Positions 48,186-57,081 of a stretch of 64,000 bases of DNA are shown one piece after another. A program made the position numbers and the translations under genes. This DNA comes from Gemmatimonadota bacterium (lineage in GTDB: Bacteria > Gemmatimonadota > Gemmatimonadetes > Gemmatimonadales > Gemmatimonadaceae): the NCBI GenBank assembly GCA_040389905.1, contig JAZJZK010000023.1, positions 1 to 64,000 of the forward strand. The letters are read 5' to 3'. The notes below the pieces were generated by a model. It saw nothing but the letters and a program-made list of their open reading frames with translations. It was not told where the DNA came from and did no database searches. Position 1 is the stretch's first letter. Each line of letters opens with the position of its first letter.

Positions 48186-48295
48186 GCGTCGGCCATATCC
48201 TGACGGCGCCGCCAAAATCGCACCGCGGCACTGACGTCGTGGTAGTGCTCTTGGCGGCGCTATTCGTCTCGCCGTCCACCCGGACAGGTAATCCA

Positions 48296-48424
48296 ATGAT
48301 CGACCTCCTTTACGTGCTCGGCACGATCGGCTTCTTCGCCCTCATGCTCGCGTACGTCACGTTCTGCGAGCGACTCGCGCGGCCGGAGCCCGTCAGCGAC
48401 AAATCGCCCGAGGCCCGCCCATGA
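48296..48424 (+). CDS. Small single-TM peptide upstream of kdpF (42 aa)
   Basis: MIDLLYVLGTIGFFALMLAYVTFCERL...; AGGT RBS-like sequence; its stop overlaps the kdpF ATG (ATGA). Confidence 0.7.
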   Translation: MIDLLYVLGTIGFFALMLAYVTFCERLARPEPVSDKSPEARP

Positions 48425-48510
48425 GCATCGAAACCGTCATCGCGCTGATCCTCACCGCAGCGGTGCTCGCGTACCTCGTCTACACCCTCCTGCGCCCGGA
48501 GAAGTTCTGA
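48421..48510 (+). CDS. kdpF: K+-transporting ATPase subunit F (29 aa; not in ORF track)
   Basis: Hand translation MSIETVIALILTAAVLAYLVYTLLRPEKF*, with YL.Y.LL.PEKF signature; 1 nt before kdpA. Confidence 0.92.
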   Translation: MSIETVIALILTAAVLAYLVYTLLRPEKF

Positions 48511-48511
48511 C

Positions 48512-50227
48512 ATGACCATCAACGGCTGGCTGCAGATCCTGTTTTTCAGCGCCGCCATTTTCGCCGTCGCGAAGCCGATCGGCTTGTATTTGGTATCGGT
48601 ATACGAAGGTCGGATGCGGTGGCTCGCACCCCTCGAGCGCGCCATCTATGCCGTGAGCGGCGTCGACCCAGAAGAGGACCAGCGCTGGACGCGCTATGCG
48701 GGCGCCATGCTGCTCTTCTCGCTGTTCACGATGCTGCTCACGTATGCGGTGCTTCGGCTCCAGCATCTGCTGCCCCTCAATCCACAGGGGCTTCCTGCGG
48801 TAACCGACCGGCAGTCGTTCGAGACGGCCGCGTCGTTCACCACGAACACCAACTGGCAGTCGTATTCCGGCGAGTCGACGATGTCGTACTTCTCGCAGAT
48901 GACCCAGCTCGCGTTTCATAACTTCGTCTCTGCCGCAGTCGGCATGGCGATCGCCGTGGCCTTTGTGCGCGGCCTCGCGCGTCGGTCCGCCGGGAAGATC
49001 GGCAATTTCTGGGCAGATCTCGTCCGCGGCACGCTGTACGTCTTGCTTCCCGCGTCACTTGTCCTTTCGCTCGTGCTCGTGCAGCAGGGCGTCATCCAGA
49101 ACTTCTCGTCGTATGTCGAGTTGACGACGCTCGAAGGTGCCAAGCAGATCCTCGCGATGGGCCCAGTGGCCAGTCAAGAGGTGATCAAGCAGCTCGGCAC
49201 CAACGGTGGCGGCTTCTTCAATGCCAACGCCGCACACCCGTTCGAGAACCCAACGCCGTGGACGAACTTCCTCTCGGTGTTCCTCATATTCGCAATTCCG
49301 AGCGGACTCGTGTGGATGTTCGGAAAAATGGTGGGCAACCTGAAGCATGGCTGGGCCGTGTGGACGGCCATGTTCGTGTTGTTCTTCGGTGGCGTCAGCG
49401 TCGCGTACTGGTCTGAGGCGCGCGGCAACCCGATTCACGCGGCTCGTGGTGTGGACGTCGTTGCCAGCGCTTCGCAGTCGGGCGGCAACATGGAAGGCAA
49501 GGAAGTGCGGTTCGGCATCGCCAACTCTGCGCTCTACGCCACCGTGACGACAGACGCGTCGTGTGGCGCCGTCAACTCGATGCACGACTCGTTCACGCCA
49601 CTTGGCGGCCTCGTTCCAATCGTGAACATGCAGCTCGGTGAAGTGGTGTTCGGCGGCGTCGGCGCCGGCCTGTACGGAATGCTCGTCATGGTGATCCTCA
49701 GCGTCTTCATCGCGGGTCTCATGGTGGGGCGCACACCGGAGTACCTCGGCAAGAAGATCCAGGCGCGCGAAGTCCAGATGGCGATGCTCTTCGCCCTGCT
49801 CTCGTCCGTTGTCATACTGGTGATGACGGGTGCATCCGTTGTGCTGCCGGCAGGCTTGAAGGGCCTGAACAACGCTGGGCCGCACGGCTTCTCGGAAATT
49901 CTTTACGCGTTCAGCTCGGCGTTCGCCAACAACGGCAGTGCGTTCGCGGGACTCACTGGTTCGACCTACTACTACAACACAATGCTTGGCGTGGCCATGC
50001 TGTTTGGCCGCTTCGCGCTGATCGTTCCCGTCCTGGCACTCGCTGGCTTCATGGCCGACAAGAAGGTTGCGCCGGAAACGGCCGGCACCTTCCCGGTGAC
50101 CGGGCCGCTCTTCGTGCTCCTGCTTATCGGCGTCATCCTCATCGTTGGCGCCCTCACGTTCTTTCCGGCGCTCGCCCTCGGGCCGATCGTCGAGCACCTG
50201 TTGATGGGTGCGGGGAGCTTGTTCTAA
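48512..50227 (+). CDS. kdpA: K+-transporting ATPase subunit A
   Basis: [54 protein letters not shown]. Confidence 0.97.
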   Translation: MTINGWLQILFFSAAIFAVAKPIGLYLVSVYEGRMRWLAPLERAIYAVSGVDPEEDQRWTRYAGAMLLFSLFTMLLTYAVLRLQHLLPLNPQGLPAVTDRQSFETAASFTTNTNWQSYSGESTMSYFSQMTQLAFHNFVSAAVGMAIAVAFVRGLARRSAGKIGNFWADLVRGTLYVLLPASLVLSLVLVQQGVIQNFSSYVELTTLEGAKQILAMGPVASQEVIKQLGTNGGGFFNANAAHPFENPTPWTNFLSVFLIFAIPSGLVWMFGKMVGNLKHGWAVWTAMFVLFFGGVSVAYWSEARGNPIHAARGVDVVASASQSGGNMEGKEVRFGIANSALYATVTTDASCGAVNSMHDSFTPLGGLVPIVNMQLGEVVFGGVGAGLYGMLVMVILSVFIAGLMVGRTPEYLGKKIQAREVQMAMLFALLSSVVILVMTGASVVLPAGLKGLNNAGPHGFSEILYAFSSAFANNGSAFAGLTGSTYYYNTMLGVAMLFGRFALIVPVLALAGFMADKKVAPETAGTFPVTGPLFVLLLIGVILIVGALTFFPALALGPIVEHLLMGAGSLF

Positions 50228-50228
50228 C

Positions 50229-52361
50229 ATGACTACTCAGAAACGGCCGCTCTTCGATCCGCCGATCGTTCGGCGGGCGATCGGAGATGCCTTCACGAAG
50301 CTGGCGCCGCGCCACATGGTGCGGAACCCAGTGATGTTCGTGGTGCTCATTGGTAGCGTGCTCACCACGCTGGTGCTCGTTCGTGACATCGCCGGCGGAC
50401 GGCCCGACATCGGGTTTACCATCCAGATCGCACTCTGGCTGTGGTTCACCGTGCTCTTCGCCAACTTCGCGGAAGCGATGGCGGAGGGTCGCGGCAAGGC
50501 GCAGGCAGACACCCTGCGGAAGTCGCGCACGGAGACGACAGCGAAGCGTCTAACCGCAAGAAGTGCAGATCCCTCGACTTCGCTCGGGATGACAGGTGGG
50601 GGCGTCGGGGTGACAGGTGGGGTGCCCGGGGTGACAACGGGTGCACAGGCGCCTACCACGGTGGTCGCCGCGCCTGATCTGCGCCGTGGTGACCTCGTGC
50701 TGTGCCTTCCGGGGGACGTAATCCCGAGCGATGGCGAAGTCGTCGAAGGCGTTGCGTCGGTGGATGAGTCTGCAATTACCGGTGAGTCAGCACCCGTCGT
50801 GCGCGAGAGCGGTGGCGACCGTTCCGCCGTCACCGGCGGTACGAAGGTGCTGTCCGACTACCTCGTCATTCGCATCAGCGCTAACCCTGGCGAGACGTTC
50901 CTCGACCGCATGATCGCGCTTGTCGAAGGCGCGTCGCGGCAGAAGACGCCGAACGAAATTGCCCTCACGATTCTGCTGTCGGGCCTCACGATCATCTTCC
51001 TGCTGGCAGTCGTTACGCTCCAGCCGTTCGCCATCTACAGTGGTGCACCGGTGGCGATTCCCATTCTGATCGCACTGCTGGTCTGCCTCATTCCCACCAC
51101 GATTGGTGGTCTGTTGTCGGCCATCGGCATCGCGGGCATGGATCGGATGATCCAACAGAACGTGATTGCCATGAGTGGCCGCGCGGTAGAAGCGGCGGGC
51201 GATGTGAATACGCTGCTGCTCGATAAGACCGGTACCATCACACTGGGCAACCGCCAAGCCTCGGAGTTCATTCCCGTTACCGGCGTGGAGCTCGATGATC
51301 TCGCTGATCGCGCGCAGCTCTCGTCGCTGCCAGACGAGACGCCGGAAGGACGCAGCATCGTCGTGCTCGCGAAGGAGAAGTTCCGCCTCCGAGCCCGCGA
51401 AGCGCACGGCATGGAGTTCGTGCCATTCAGTGCAACGACCCGTATGAGTGGTGTCAATGCCGGCACGACACTGGTACGCAAGGGCGCCGGCGATGCCGTC
51501 GCGCGGTGGGTGAACGAGCAGGGTGGAACGATTCCGTCGGATCTCGAATCCATCGTGAGTCGCGTGGCGAAACAGGGAGGCACGCCACTCGTTGTCGCCG
51601 AGCGGCGCGGCGATGCCGCGGCGCGTGTGCTCGGCGTCATCTATCTGAAGGACATCGTCAAGGGTGGCATGCGCGAGCGCTTTGATCGGCTCCGGGCCAT
51701 GGGCATTCGCACCGTGATGATCACCGGCGACAACCCGTTGACCGCCGCAGCGATCGCACAGGAAGCGGGTGTTGATGACTTCCTCGCCGAGGCCACGCCC
51801 GAAGACAAGATGTCCCTCATCAAGCGGGAGCAAGCGGGCGGCAAGCTCGTTGCCATGACAGGGGACGGAACGAACGACGCACCAGCGCTTGCGCAGGCCG
51901 ACGTTGGCGTCGCGATGAACACCGGCACGCAGGCCGCGAAGGAAGCCGGCAACATGATCGACCTCGACTCCAATCCGACGAAGCTTATCGAGGTCGTGGA
52001 GATCGGGAAGCAGCTGCTCATGACGCGCGGCTCGCTCACAACGTTCTCGATCGCGAACGACGTCGCGAAGTATTTCGCGATCATTCCTGCGATGTTCGTG
52101 GTGACGTATCCGCCGCTCCAGGCGCTCAACATCATGCGCCTGCACTCCTCGCAATCGGCGATCCTGGCGAGCGTGATCTTCAATGCGCTCATCATCATCG
52201 CGCTGATTCCGCTCGCGCTGCGCGGTGTGCGGTACCGCCCCGCGCCTGCGGCGACGATCCTGCGCCGCAATCTCGTGATCTACGGGTTCGGCGGCCTGAT
52301 CGTCCCGTTCATCGGCATCAAGCTGATCGACGTGCTCCTCGTCTTCGCACATCTGGTCTAA
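50229..52361 (+). CDS. kdpB: K+-transporting ATPase subunit B (P-type ATPase) with a repeat-derived loop insertion
   Basis: [51 protein letters not shown]. Confidence 0.97.
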   Translation: MTTQKRPLFDPPIVRRAIGDAFTKLAPRHMVRNPVMFVVLIGSVLTTLVLVRDIAGGRPDIGFTIQIALWLWFTVLFANFAEAMAEGRGKAQADTLRKSRTETTAKRLTARSADPSTSLGMTGGGVGVTGGVPGVTTGAQAPTTVVAAPDLRRGDLVLCLPGDVIPSDGEVVEGVASVDESAITGESAPVVRESGGDRSAVTGGTKVLSDYLVIRISANPGETFLDRMIALVEGASRQKTPNEIALTILLSGLTIIFLLAVVTLQPFAIYSGAPVAIPILIALLVCLIPTTIGGLLSAIGIAGMDRMIQQNVIAMSGRAVEAAGDVNTLLLDKTGTITLGNRQASEFIPVTGVELDDLADRAQLSSLPDETPEGRSIVVLAKEKFRLRAREAHGMEFVPFSATTRMSGVNAGTTLVRKGAGDAVARWVNEQGGTIPSDLESIVSRVAKQGGTPLVVAERRGDAAARVLGVIYLKDIVKGGMRERFDRLRAMGIRTVMITGDNPLTAAAIAQEAGVDDFLAEATPEDKMSLIKREQAGGKLVAMTGDGTNDAPALAQADVGVAMNTGTQAAKEAGNMIDLDSNPTKLIEVVEIGKQLLMTRGSLTTFSIANDVAKYFAIIPAMFVVTYPPLQALNIMRLHSSQSAILASVIFNALIIIALIPLALRGVRYRPAPAATILRRNLVIYGFGGLIVPFIGIKLIDVLLVFAHLV
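50563..50636. repeat. REP-like family A arm plus two 21-bp tandem derivatives, in frame in kdpB
   Basis: 50563-50594 is identical (32/32) to 86-117; followed by ggtgggggcgtcggggtgaca and ggtggggtgcccggggtgaca. Confidence 0.9.
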
Positions 52362-52405
52362 CAGCAGGTGCGGACCCTCCGCTCGCTCAGGGCGACAAAA
52401 CGAGC
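52361..52405. repeat. REP-like family B half-copy between kdpB and kdpC
   Basis: Reverse complement gctcgttttgtcgccctgagcgagcggagggtccgcacctgctgt closely matches 10314-10359. Confidence 0.8.
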
Positions 52406-52430
52406 AGAAAACGCTCACATAGGACGACAA

Positions 52431-53030
52431 ATGATTCGCAAACTGATTCGCCCCGCAATCGTGATGACGGTCGTGCTCTGCGTCATCACCGGGCTCATAT
52501 ATCCAGGCATCGTCACCGGTCTCGCGCAGACGCTCTTTCGCCGCCAGGCGAACGGCTCGCTCGTCGAAGTGAACGGCAAGGTGGTCGGCAGTGAATTGAT
52601 CGGCCAGACGTTCACGCAGCCGTACTACTTCCACTCGCGTCCATCCAACGCGGGCGCCGGCTACGACGGTACCGCATCATCGGGAACCAACAAAGGGCCG
52701 ACCGACCTGAAGCTCGCGGACACACTCGTCGCGCAGGCTGTGGACGCTGCCGTCACTGGCGACGGCGCAGTCAAGGGTCAGGTGCCGGGCGACATGGTCA
52801 CGGCCTCTGCGTCAGGGCTCGACCCACACATTTCGCCCGCAAACGCGCGTCTTCAGGTCGCGCGGATTGCGACCGCTCGCGGCGCGGCGCCTGCCGCCAT
52901 TCAGTCACTCGTGGACGCCCATACGGAAGGCCGTCAATTCGGCTTCTTCGGTGAACCGCGCGTCAACGTCCTACTTCTCAATATTGCGCTCGACAGCGCA
53001 TTCGCTCGGCCCGCTGCGCCGACCAAATAG
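52431..53030 (+). CDS. kdpC: K+-transporting ATPase subunit C
   Basis: TGLIYP, QANGSL, GSELIGQ.F, YFHSRPS, VTASASGLDPHIS, GEPRVNVLLLN; AGGA RBS. Confidence 0.95.
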   Translation: MIRKLIRPAIVMTVVLCVITGLIYPGIVTGLAQTLFRRQANGSLVEVNGKVVGSELIGQTFTQPYYFHSRPSNAGAGYDGTASSGTNKGPTDLKLADTLVAQAVDAAVTGDGAVKGQVPGDMVTASASGLDPHISPANARLQVARIATARGAAPAAIQSLVDAHTEGRQFGFFGEPRVNVLLLNIALDSAFARPAAPTK

Positions 53031-53040
53031 AGGCAACCAG

Positions 53041-54147
53041 ATGTTCCGCAACACACTGGCCTTCGCGGCCATGCTGATTTCTCCCACCGTCCTGAGTGCG
53101 CAAGGCACTTCGGCCGTACCGGACACGACGCCAAAGATCACGTTCGGCGGATTCGTCGATGGCTACTATGCCTTCGACTTCAATCGGCCGGCGAACTTCG
53201 ATCGTTCCTTCACTACACAGCCGGCGAGGCACAACGAGTTCAACGTGAACCTCGCATACGTGGAGGCAAAGCTCGACGCGCCTCGCGCGCGTGGCCGCTT
53301 TGCGATCCAGACCGGCACGTCGGTGCAGTCCAACTATGCCGGAGAGCCGCGTAACGGCGGCGTCAGCGGTCCAGACCTCGCGCGCCTCATCCAGGAAGCC
53401 ATTGTCGGCACGAAGATCGGCGAGAATGCGTGGGTCGATGGTGGCATCTTCTTGTCGCACATCGGAATGGAGAGCTTCATCTCGCGCGACAACCCGATGT
53501 ACACACGCTCGCTCGTGGCCGATTACTCACCCTACTACGAGACGGGTGCCAAGTTGTCATGGCAAGCGGCACCGACCGTCTCCGCAACGTTCGTCGTCGT
53601 CAACGGCTGGCAGAACATCTCCGAGACGAACGCGGCGAAGTCGGCCGGCATGCGCATTGACTACGTCCCCAGCTCGAGCACCACGTTGAGCTACTACAAT
53701 TACGTCGGCAACGAGGCCGCGGACTCGGCAAAACACAGTCAGATTCGTTTCTTCAACGGCGTCGGCCTGAAGAGCAGCCTGACGAGCCAGTTCACGGTGC
53801 TCGCACAATTCGACTACGGCGTGCAGGGGCACGCCAGTGGATCGGGCAGCTCGAGCTGGTATGGAGGCATGCTGACAGGACGCGTTCAGGCGACTCCCAT
53901 GACGGCGATCGTGTGCCGAGTCGAGCGGTACGATGATAAGGATCAGGTGATTCTCGCAACGGGCCTTGCCGCCGGGTTTCGCGCGAACGGCGCGTCGATC
54001 GGCATTGACGTCACACCGCAGTCGAGAGTGTTGTGGCGCACGGAGCTTCGCGGATTTCAGGGCGAAAACGCCGTGTTCCCGCAGCACACCGGTGGACCCT
54101 CGAAGAGCGACGCGTTTGTCGTGACGTCGCTCGGGCTGACATTCTAG
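53041..54147 (+). CDS. Putative outer-membrane beta-barrel porin (DUF1597/BBP2-like)
   Basis: Signal peptide after a GAGG RBS, GFVDGYYAFDFN, SHIGMES, PYYETG, NGWQN, RVERY, terminal Phe. Confidence 0.82.
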   Translation: MFRNTLAFAAMLISPTVLSAQGTSAVPDTTPKITFGGFVDGYYAFDFNRPANFDRSFTTQPARHNEFNVNLAYVEAKLDAPRARGRFAIQTGTSVQSNYAGEPRNGGVSGPDLARLIQEAIVGTKIGENAWVDGGIFLSHIGMESFISRDNPMYTRSLVADYSPYYETGAKLSWQAAPTVSATFVVVNGWQNISETNAAKSAGMRIDYVPSSSTTLSYYNYVGNEAADSAKHSQIRFFNGVGLKSSLTSQFTVLAQFDYGVQGHASGSGSSSWYGGMLTGRVQATPMTAIVCRVERYDDKDQVILATGLAAGFRANGASIGIDVTPQSRVLWRTELRGFQGENAVFPQHTGGPSKSDAFVVTSLGLTF

Positions 54148-54176
54148 ATGCAACGCCTGCGAATTGGCCATTGTTC

Positions 54177-54266
54177 GTTTTGTCGCCCTGAACGCAGCGA
54201 AGGGCCCGCACGTGCTGTTGCGCGCCTTGAGGTGCGGGCCCTTCGCGTTGCTCGGGGCGACAAAAC
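54177..54266. repeat. REP-like element family B, complete palindromic copy
   Basis: gttttgtcgccctgaacgcagcgaagggcccgcac (54177-54211) / gtgcgggcccttcgcgttgctcggggcgacaaaac (54232-54266). Confidence 0.88.
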
Positions 54267-54293
54267 AGGCCAACCCCATCTCGGAAGCGTGCC

Positions 54294-55475
54294 GTGACTG
54301 AGCGTCGGCGCGAACCGAGAACAGATCCCGATTTCCTGGCGCTGGTCAAGCGCCAGGAACGCGGGAAGCTGAAGCTGTACATCGGTTCCGCGGCCGGCAC
54401 CGGCAAGACGTATCGTATGATCAACGAAGCGCACGATCTTCGCCGTCGCGGCGTCGACGTCGTCATCGCCTTCGTGGAGACGCACAAGCGTGTGGACACG
54501 GAAGCGCAACTGCGTGACGTGGAGATCGTGCCGCGCCAGAGAATCGAGTACCGTGGCGTGACGCTCGAGGAGATGGATGTCGACGCGGTGATCGCTCGGC
54601 GACCGCAGGTGGCCGTCGTGGATGAACTCGCGCACAGCAACGTGCCCGGCGCGCGGCATCGCAAGCGGTGGGAGGACGTGACGCAGCTGCTCGACGAAGG
54701 CATCAATGTGATCTCCGCCGTCAACGTGCAGCACATCGAATCACTGAACGATGTCGTTGCCTCGACTCTGGGCGTCACCGTCCGCGAGACCGTTCCTGAC
54801 TGGGTCGTTGCATCCGCCGACCAGGTGGTGAATCTGGATATCTCCGCCGAGGACCTCCGCCAGCGCCTTCGCGAAGGAAAGATCTACGATCCGGGGAAGG
54901 TCGAGGCGGCGCTGCGGAACTTCTTCACCGACGAGAATCTCACGACATTGCGCGAGCTCGCGCTCCGTGAAGTCGCTGGGGCCGTCGATCGGTCGCGCGA
55001 AGAGATCGTGCGGCGAGAAACCGGCTCCTTTCCGGCAGCCGCGCCGAGGACGGTGGAACGCGTCCTCGTGGCGATGTCGAGCAACCCGCCCTATACGGCG
55101 GCACTGCTCCGAAAGGCGAGCCGTATCGCCGGACGTCTCAATTCCGATTGGTACTGTGTATACGTCCAGACAAGTAACGAACGGGCCGACCGCATTGACA
55201 GCACGGTCCAGCGCACGCTCGTGGCAAATATTCAACTTGCGCAAAGCATGGGCGCGGAGATCGTGAAGCTCGAGGGCGACGACGTCGCAGGTGCCCTCTG
55301 CAAGTTTGCGACGAAGAAGGGAGTCACACTGGTGATCGTGGGGCAGAGCAAACGCTCCCGTCTGCATCACTTCACGAAGGGCTCGGTCGTTGACCAACTC
55401 GTGAACAACACGGAGGGCCTCGATGTCCTCGTCGTGTCATTCGATCCCGCCAAGTCCACGGGAGACCGGTCGTGA
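54294..55475 (+). CDS. kdpD: KdpD N-terminal part: KdpD sensor domain plus Usp domain
   Basis: RGKLKLYIGSAAGTGKTY (Walker A), VDELAHSN, KRWEDV, NVQHIESLND, VRETVPD, LRELALREVA; Usp-like C-terminus. Confidence 0.9.
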   Translation: MTERRREPRTDPDFLALVKRQERGKLKLYIGSAAGTGKTYRMINEAHDLRRRGVDVVIAFVETHKRVDTEAQLRDVEIVPRQRIEYRGVTLEEMDVDAVIARRPQVAVVDELAHSNVPGARHRKRWEDVTQLLDEGINVISAVNVQHIESLNDVVASTLGVTVRETVPDWVVASADQVVNLDISAEDLRQRLREGKIYDPGKVEAALRNFFTDENLTTLRELALREVAGAVDRSREEIVRRETGSFPAAAPRTVERVLVAMSSNPPYTAALLRKASRIAGRLNSDWYCVYVQTSNERADRIDSTVQRTLVANIQLAQSMGAEIVKLEGDDVAGALCKFATKKGVTLVIVGQSKRSRLHHFTKGSVVDQLVNNTEGLDVLVVSFDPAKSTGDRS

Positions 55476-56473
55476 AGATCAGTCATCGACTGTATCTCAC
55501 GGTGGCGCCGTCCATTCTTGCCGTTCTGTTGTTGGCGGGACTGATCTACTGGGGCCAGTTCTCACGGACGGCGCCCGAATTGGTCATCGTCGGTGGGGCA
55601 TTGGCGGCGACCGCCTCCCTCATCATGACATGGTCGAATGCGCGCTACGTGGCTCGACGTCTCGAGCGCATCGTCGGCGGCTCGTCGGCCCACGGAACGC
55701 AGAAGCCGTCACTGCGCGGCGTCGCCAGCGCCATTGCGCCAGGCAAAGCCGCCGCACCGCCGGACGAGATCGACGAAATCGAAAGCGTCGTCGATCGGTT
55801 GTCGAACGCGATCGAGATTGCCGAGGGAAAGAGTGCAGACCGGGAGCAGCGCTTCGAGCAACGCGCGCTTGACTATGCGCGGCTTCTCGCGTCCATCGCC
55901 GATGCCTCGACGCAACGTCTGGAGGAGGTACGGCTCCCGCTGCACATCCTCCTTGAGAATCACTTCGGTGACCTGAACGAGAACCAGGAAGAGATGCTCG
56001 GTGCAGCGCGTACGGCAGCGGAAGCGGCTGATGCCGACATGCTCGCCTTACGACAGATCGCCGCGCTCGATCTCGGCGAGCGACCGCTGCGTGAAGATCG
56101 CATGAAGCCCTCGGACATCCTCGATGCCCTTCGCCCGATGTTGCTTGCCGCCGCGGAGAGCGCGGGCGTGACCATCGAGTTCGACCTTGCACCAGCGCTT
56201 CCGGGAATCTTCGGCGATCGGGCGCTTCTTCAGGATGCGCTCGTCACTGTCCTCCGCGACACGGTGGCGAGTTCCCCTCGCGACAAATCGTTGCGCATCG
56301 AGGTCGAACGCGAAGGAGCATGCATACGGTTCTCGGTGAGAAATGCGGGGACAGCCCCCATTACGGTGCGATGGGCCGCGGCGGTTCGCGTCATCCAGGC
56401 GCACGCCGGATCCGTCGGTCGTGCCGACGGGGTGCTACACATTGAACTTCCCAGTGAGAGCGTACGAACGTGA
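55472..56473 (+). CDS. Degenerate histidine-kinase-like membrane protein (probable pseudokinase)
   Basis: Two TM helices, HAMP-like DEI, HisKA-like helix pair (LHILLENHFGDLNENQEEML) without an HExRxP box, HATPase-like tail without N/G1/G2 boxes; GTGA overlap. Confidence 0.6.
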   Translation: MKISHRLYLTVAPSILAVLLLAGLIYWGQFSRTAPELVIVGGALAATASLIMTWSNARYVARRLERIVGGSSAHGTQKPSLRGVASAIAPGKAAAPPDEIDEIESVVDRLSNAIEIAEGKSADREQRFEQRALDYARLLASIADASTQRLEEVRLPLHILLENHFGDLNENQEEMLGAARTAAEAADADMLALRQIAALDLGERPLREDRMKPSDILDALRPMLLAAAESAGVTIEFDLAPALPGIFGDRALLQDALVTVLRDTVASSPRDKSLRIEVEREGACIRFSVRNAGTAPITVRWAAAVRVIQAHAGSVGRADGVLHIELPSESVRT

Positions 56474-57045
56474 AATCCATCGTAGTCCTAGACCGCCGGT
56501 GGTCCGCGGTTGCGATCATTCTGGCATTGCTGATGACGAGCGCATGTCGCTCGGACAACACGCGCCGCCCGCCAAACCTCGACGACGTTGGTGTTCATCT
56601 CGCGGGGACGTGGGACGTCACGCTTCGTCTTGACCGCCCGCTCACGCTCGCGACGGACGCGAGCAGTCTTCCGCGGACCGTCGCGGGCACCATCGTGCTC
56701 CTCGAAAACCGTGACCCCCGTCTCGCGTTCGGTGAGCTGCGAGCGCCGACGCACGTGGGTACCTACGACATCGATTTGGTGTCGCTCGGCTTTCCAGCAA
56801 CGGATGCCGGCGCGATTCCCGGTGTTGCCGCTCGCTCCTTTTCGATTGGTCTCGCGCCGACACCAGCAGAGAGGCAAGATTCCGTGTTCCTCATCCTCAA
56901 TCCAGAGTCGCCGCGACTCATGTTGCGTCTGAACGGAACGTTCAACGGTGAACGTGCAGAAGGGGTGTGGATGTCGGAAACGTTTCTCGGCGGTGGTGGG
57001 GCGTTCACACTCACCAGGCGAGCGGGTGTCAAGGCGAGGACATAG
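56470..57045 (+). CDS. Hypothetical lipoprotein
   Basis: Hydrophobic signal ending LMTSAC; LAGTW beta-barrel-like start; GTGA overlap. Confidence 0.65.
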   Translation: MKSIVVLDRRWSAVAIILALLMTSACRSDNTRRPPNLDDVGVHLAGTWDVTLRLDRPLTLATDASSLPRTVAGTIVLLENRDPRLAFGELRAPTHVGTYDIDLVSLGFPATDAGAIPGVAARSFSIGLAPTPAERQDSVFLILNPESPRLMLRLNGTFNGERAEGVWMSETFLGGGGAFTLTRRAGVKART

Positions 57046-57081
57046 CGACGAAATGAAACCAGAGCCTGCCCACGTACACGT

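Noticed and set aside
48111..48295. c-di-AMP (ydaO) or other riboswitch before kdp
   Set aside because: I see only one simple hairpin and none of the conserved riboswitch motifs; an Rfam scan would settle it.
54127..54143. 15-nt match (cgctcgggctgacat) between the porin 3' end and the repeat arm at 44281
   Set aside because: Short, and it encodes an ordinary beta-barrel C-terminal strand (SLGLTF); probably coincidence.
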